Shown here in pieces: positions 61,801-64,000 of a DNA stretch of 64,000 nucleotides. The DNA comes from Chara braunii (taxonomy: Eukaryota; Plantae; Charophyceae). The position numbers and the translations under genes were made by a program. Where the stretch lies: assembly GCA_003427395.1 (NCBI GenBank), contig BFEA01000036.1, forward strand, positions 2,190,241 through 2,254,240. Reading direction: 5' to 3'. Positions within the stretch are counted from its first letter, which is position 1; each line of letters starts with the position of its first letter. The notes beneath the pieces are model-generated. The model did no database searches, was not told the DNA's origin, and was given only the letters and a program-made list of their open reading frames with translations.

Positions 61801-63095
61801 TCCAAAAAATCCGAAAAAAAACTATGTTATACAGAAAAATAAACTGAACAACTTTTGCCTCAGGGTCACATCGAAATTCTGCACCAAATTTAGAAAAAAA
61901 CTAGGAAGATTCTCACGCCCGGCCGGGCACCCGGGCGTAACGCCCGGGGGGGGGTCTGACGCCCGGGGNACCCAGGNGGNGAAAAAAAAAAAAAAAAAGA
62001 TTTCTTTTTTTTTTTTTTTTTTGGTTTTCTGCGCTCTACCAGAGGACTCCAAATCCGGGCTCNTTTCGTTTTTTGCGAGTTGGCTGTCAAGGAGGGGGGA
62101 GGGGGGTATAAATTGGTTTTAAAGGGGCTATAGGGGTCTAAAGGGGGGTGCCTTTGTGTGATTCTGTTATTTTCTTTTTTATCTGTGATTCTGGGAGGAA
62201 TCATAATGTGACCCTCAGCCAAAAGTGGTTTGCATTTCAATCCTACACAACATATTTTTTTTCTGGAATTTTTTGAGTTTTTTTTTTTTTTTTTCGGCAC
62301 TGGGGCTGCCTGGAACCCTGCCCGGGGGTCATGCCCGGCCGGGCACCCGGGCGTGTACCCGGGCAGAAGTTGGGTGCCGGGCGCCCGGGAAAACAGCCTA
62401 GGAAAAAAAACAAATTTTATTTTTTTATTTTTATTTTTATTTTTATTTTTTTTTAATTGTTTTTGGCCCGGCCGGGCAAGTGACCCCGGGCCACTCTGGT
62501 AGCCTAGCTTTTCTCCAGATTATTTTTATTTTTATCATTTTTAATTTTATTTTTTTTAATGATTTTTTTGAATTTTTTGAATTAAAAAAAAAATTATGCA
62601 CTGGGCCCGGGACCCTGCCCGGCCTGGGCTTCCCGGGAGGGTACCCGGGCGACCTTTCCCCAGCCGGGCCGCCTGGGGACCAGCCTAGCTTACAATATGC
62701 CAATAATTTAATTAAATCAGACTGAGTCGCCGTGAATTATTTAATCGCCGTGGAATGCTAATTGATGATTGATCACTTGTGCATTTATACAATAGGCACG
62801 TAAATCCAACCCTTCACCTCCTTCACCCAATCATTTCGGACCACCTTTTGATGAAGCAGACATCGCACAGCTTCAAAATGTGTTCCAAGTCACTTACTAA
62901 AGAAGGACCGCATGAAAGAAGAACAATGAAAAGAAGGCAGAAGAAATCCCGCGGAGGAACAGATTAGGAAAGCTTCCATAGAGCTGCAGCTTACTTTGGA
63001 CCTCCTTCCTTATATGCCAATGAACTTTCTTCTGCAAATGGCATAATCCAGAGGGTCACCTTAAACCCTAGGGCATGAAGCAATTCCACCATGGC
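42897..63095 (-). CDS. Glycoside hydrolase family 31, MYORG-like; 3' 11 exons, 5' end outside window
   Basis: Exons 62995-63095, 60805-60867, 60024-60080, 56754-56901, 54571-54656, 53122-53252, 51193-51248, 49822-49884, 49536-49643, 47776-47873, 42897-43125 all have AG/GT ends and join in frame: [122 protein letters not shown]. Confidence 0.92.
43494..43603 (+). ncRNA. Hammerhead core repeat, 5'-truncated copy
   Basis: CTGATGA(43498-43504) GTCGG-tgaaact-CCGAC GAAA C-AGTTT-G TC. Confidence 0.75.
43675..43813 (-). ncRNA. Hammerhead core repeat, inverted copy with intact core
   Basis: Minus: GAGGGGATTCTGCAGACTGTTGAGGGTTCAGCCTC CTGATGA GTCGGTGAAACTCCGAC GAAA CAGTTTGTC ACAGCCCCTC. Confidence 0.75.
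43955..44049 (-). repeat. Hammerhead-family repeat with core deletion
   Basis: Same flanks, CTGATGA segment deleted (TTTCGTCGG|GAGGCTGAACCC). Confidence 0.7.
44060..44361. mobile_element. Partial hAT-type MITE, family of 61901-62401
   Basis: Reverse-complement similarity to 62300-62380 and terminus CGTGACAATCTTCCT. Confidence 0.6.
44382..44490 (-). ncRNA. Hammerhead-family repeat, diverged
   Basis: Minus: GAGCCTC CTGATGA GTCCCTTAAAACTCCGAT GAAA CAGTCTGTC ACAGCCCCTC; stem II damaged. Confidence 0.65.
47776..47873 (-). CDS. GH31 exon [32 protein letters not shown]
   Basis: GCAG|ACT ... AG|GTATG. Confidence 0.92.
49536..49643 (-). CDS. GH31 exon VRR...[15 protein letters not shown]
   Basis: GTAG|GTT ... 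GAG|GTGAGA. Confidence 0.9.
49822..49884 (-). CDS. GH31 exon [21 protein letters not shown]
   Basis: GCAG|TTC ... CAG|GTTGGT. Confidence 0.88.
49970..50070 (-). ncRNA. U6: U6 snRNA copy, probable pseudogene
   Basis: Minus: GTCCTTCAGAACATCTGTTAAAATTGGAATGATACAGAGAAGATTAGCATGGCCCCTGTGCAAGGATGACATGCATAAATCGAGAAATGGTCCAATTTTTT; ACAGAGA box and AGC intact, several CpG-type transitions. Confidence 0.9.
50155..50209 (-). pseudogene. U6: Internally deleted U6 fragment
   Basis: TCGATTTATGCATGTCATTCTTGCGCAGGG joined to TTTAACGGATGTCCTGAA. Confidence 0.75.
51193..51248 (-). CDS. GH31 exon [19 protein letters not shown]
   Basis: ACAG|AC ... CAG|GTATGT. Confidence 0.9.
52716..52935. repeat. 31-bp minisatellite, 7 copies
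   Basis: CACCCACGTAAACACCCCCTTCTCCCTCCCC repeated. Confidence 0.95.
53122..53252 (-). CDS. GH31 exon FSHWG...[14 protein letters not shown]
   Basis: CCAG|G ... G|GTATTG. Confidence 0.93.
54571..54656 (-). CDS. GH31 exon [29 protein letters not shown] (putative acid/base Asp)
   Basis: ACAG|GAG ... AG|GTCAGT. Confidence 0.9.
55704..55992. mobile_element. hAT-type MITE
   Basis: TIR CTAGGCTACCAG / CTGGTAGCCTAG; perfect 8-bp TSD GAAAAGAA. Confidence 0.9.
56038..56320. mobile_element. Inverted copy of the same hAT MITE, one TIR missing
   Basis: Reverse-complement similarity to 55704-55992; ends CTGGTAGCCTAG. Confidence 0.8.
56376..56480. mobile_element. Tc1/mariner-type MITE, second copy
   Basis: Closely similar to 22813-22917; TA TSD degenerate. 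Confidence 0.8.
56754..56901 (-). CDS. GH31 exon with catalytic nucleophile motif FKFDAGE
   Basis: GCAG|G ... CAG|GTCGGT. Confidence 0.92.
57464..57563 (-). ncRNA. U6: U6 snRNA copy, probable pseudogene retaining upstream flank
   Basis: Full-length GTCCTTCGGGACATCCG...GGTCCAAATT; ACAGAGA changed to ATAGAGA; oligo-T terminator broken. Confidence 0.9.
57624..57642 (-). promoter_or_regulatory. Candidate snRNA upstream sequence element
   Basis: GTGACTGGTTCTTATCTAG at -61 to -79 of U6; near-identical motif upstream of the 59271 copy. Confidence 0.45.
58032..58111. repeat. (AAT)n microsatellite
   Basis: Direct observation. Confidence 0.95.
59271..59318 (-). pseudogene. U6: U6 snRNA central fragment
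   Basis: Minus: AAATTTGGAACGATACAGAAAAGATTAGCCTGGCCCCCGTGCAAGGA. Confidence 0.8.
60024..60080 (-). CDS. GH31 exon [19 protein letters not shown]
   Basis: ACAG|G ... TG|GTGAGT; D.TNP motif. Confidence 0.9.
60805..60867 (-). CDS. GH31 exon [21 protein letters not shown]
   Basis: GCAG|A ... TG|GTTAGT, phase 2 to 2. Confidence 0.85.
61706..62507. mobile_element. hAT-type MITE, middle element
   Basis: TIR CTAGGCTACCAG / CTGGTAGCCTAG; perfect TSD CTTTTCTC (61698-61705, 62508-62515). Confidence 0.92.
61901..62401. mobile_element. hAT-type MITE, inner element
   Basis: Ends CTAGG / CCTAG; TSD GAAAAAAA; absent from the uninterrupted copy at 55704-55992. Confidence 0.8.
62995..63095 (-). CDS. GH31 exon [33 protein letters not shown]
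   Basis: ACAG|GCC ... CCAAA|GTAAGC, ends phase 2. Confidence 0.9.
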
Positions 63096-64000
63096 CTGTG
63101 TCCGGACAGGTGAACAAGAGGGAAATGAAATGTCAGCAACCCAACACCATGAAGCACACAAAGGCGCTCACAACACTCCGTATAGAATACTAGATACTAG
63201 ACACAAGTTCAAACAACAGAAATAGAAAAGATACATTACAAACAATCTGAACATGGTTTCAGCTATTACCTCGGGCACACTCAGGCATTGAACAACATCT
63301 CAGGCTATTATCAGCAAAAGAAATGCAGAGGCAACAACTGGAATATCATACTAATATGTATAGTAACTACAGTTTCACATCAACCTTGCACTGCTTGTTG
63401 GGTGGGGCACAAACAGCACAAAAAGCGCACAACTGTCGTTGGATGGACAATGATAACGCCAAAACGCAATGTTAACACTCCGGGGAAAATAAAAAAGAGT
63501 GAGTTGGCATTCGTCTGATACTTTCGGGGGCTCCTAGCTGCCTGATTAAAATGGCTGGTGCTGCCGAGCAGAAAGAAAGGACATTGTGTCAGCGTCGTTG
63601 GCTCTTTTTGGCGCCCACTGGGCTGCAGCATGATTTTTTTCGGAAGAAGAACAACCTTAACAATCGCCAGTTTGGACACGTGCCAAAACCACCCGTTACC
63701 TGTGGTCCTGTGGCACTCCTAATTTCTAGGCCGGGGGATGCAGAAAAGACCTGGTACAGGGGCGATGAGGAAGTTTGGACAGAAGCAACTTCTCAGAGAG
63801 CCCCGCAACCACATTGCCCAAAGCCATTCTTTTTTTTTTTTTTCTTCAAAAGGTTGTGCAGGCTAAGTGTTGCATACCGTATAGGTGCAGACCAGAACAA
63901 GAACCGACCTTTCAATACGAAGTATAAGATAGCACAGCAGAAGACTTAGATACCAGTGATCCGAACAATCAATGTTGTAATGCAGCCCTGAACATACATC

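Larger units (their letters stand above)
61335..62688. mobile_element. hAT-type MITE, outer element of triple nest
   Basis: TIR CTAGGCTGG / CCAGCCTAG; perfect TSD CTTACAAT (61327-61334, 62689-62696). Confidence 0.9.

Overview
Repeat-rich eukaryotic nuclear DNA. A plant-type U6 snRNA, a land-plant-like mitochondrial trnY and long TE-filled introns suggest a streptophyte, possibly a charophyte alga (inference only). One host gene can be reconstructed: the last 11 exons of a minus-strand MYORG-like GH31 glycosidase (63095 to 42897, all GT-AG, phases consistent; 5' exons lie beyond the window). The rest is a mosaic: a decayed Helitron RepHel (~11.1-15.7 kb) with a ~460-bp internal inversion; a 5'-truncated L1/Tx1-type LINE (24440-31883, 14-bp TSD, polyA); several hAT-type MITEs with 8-bp TSDs, including a triple nest at 61.3-62.7 kb; Tc1/mariner-type MITEs; and a mitochondrial insertion (trnY plus group II intron domains V/VI). 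The two most notable features are a family of repeats carrying a hammerhead-ribozyme core with an atypical stem I, linked to a probable Penelope-like RT remnant, and four U6 snRNA-derived copies in introns of the GH31 gene, two of which share a candidate upstream promoter element. All calls were made by eye; no searches were run.
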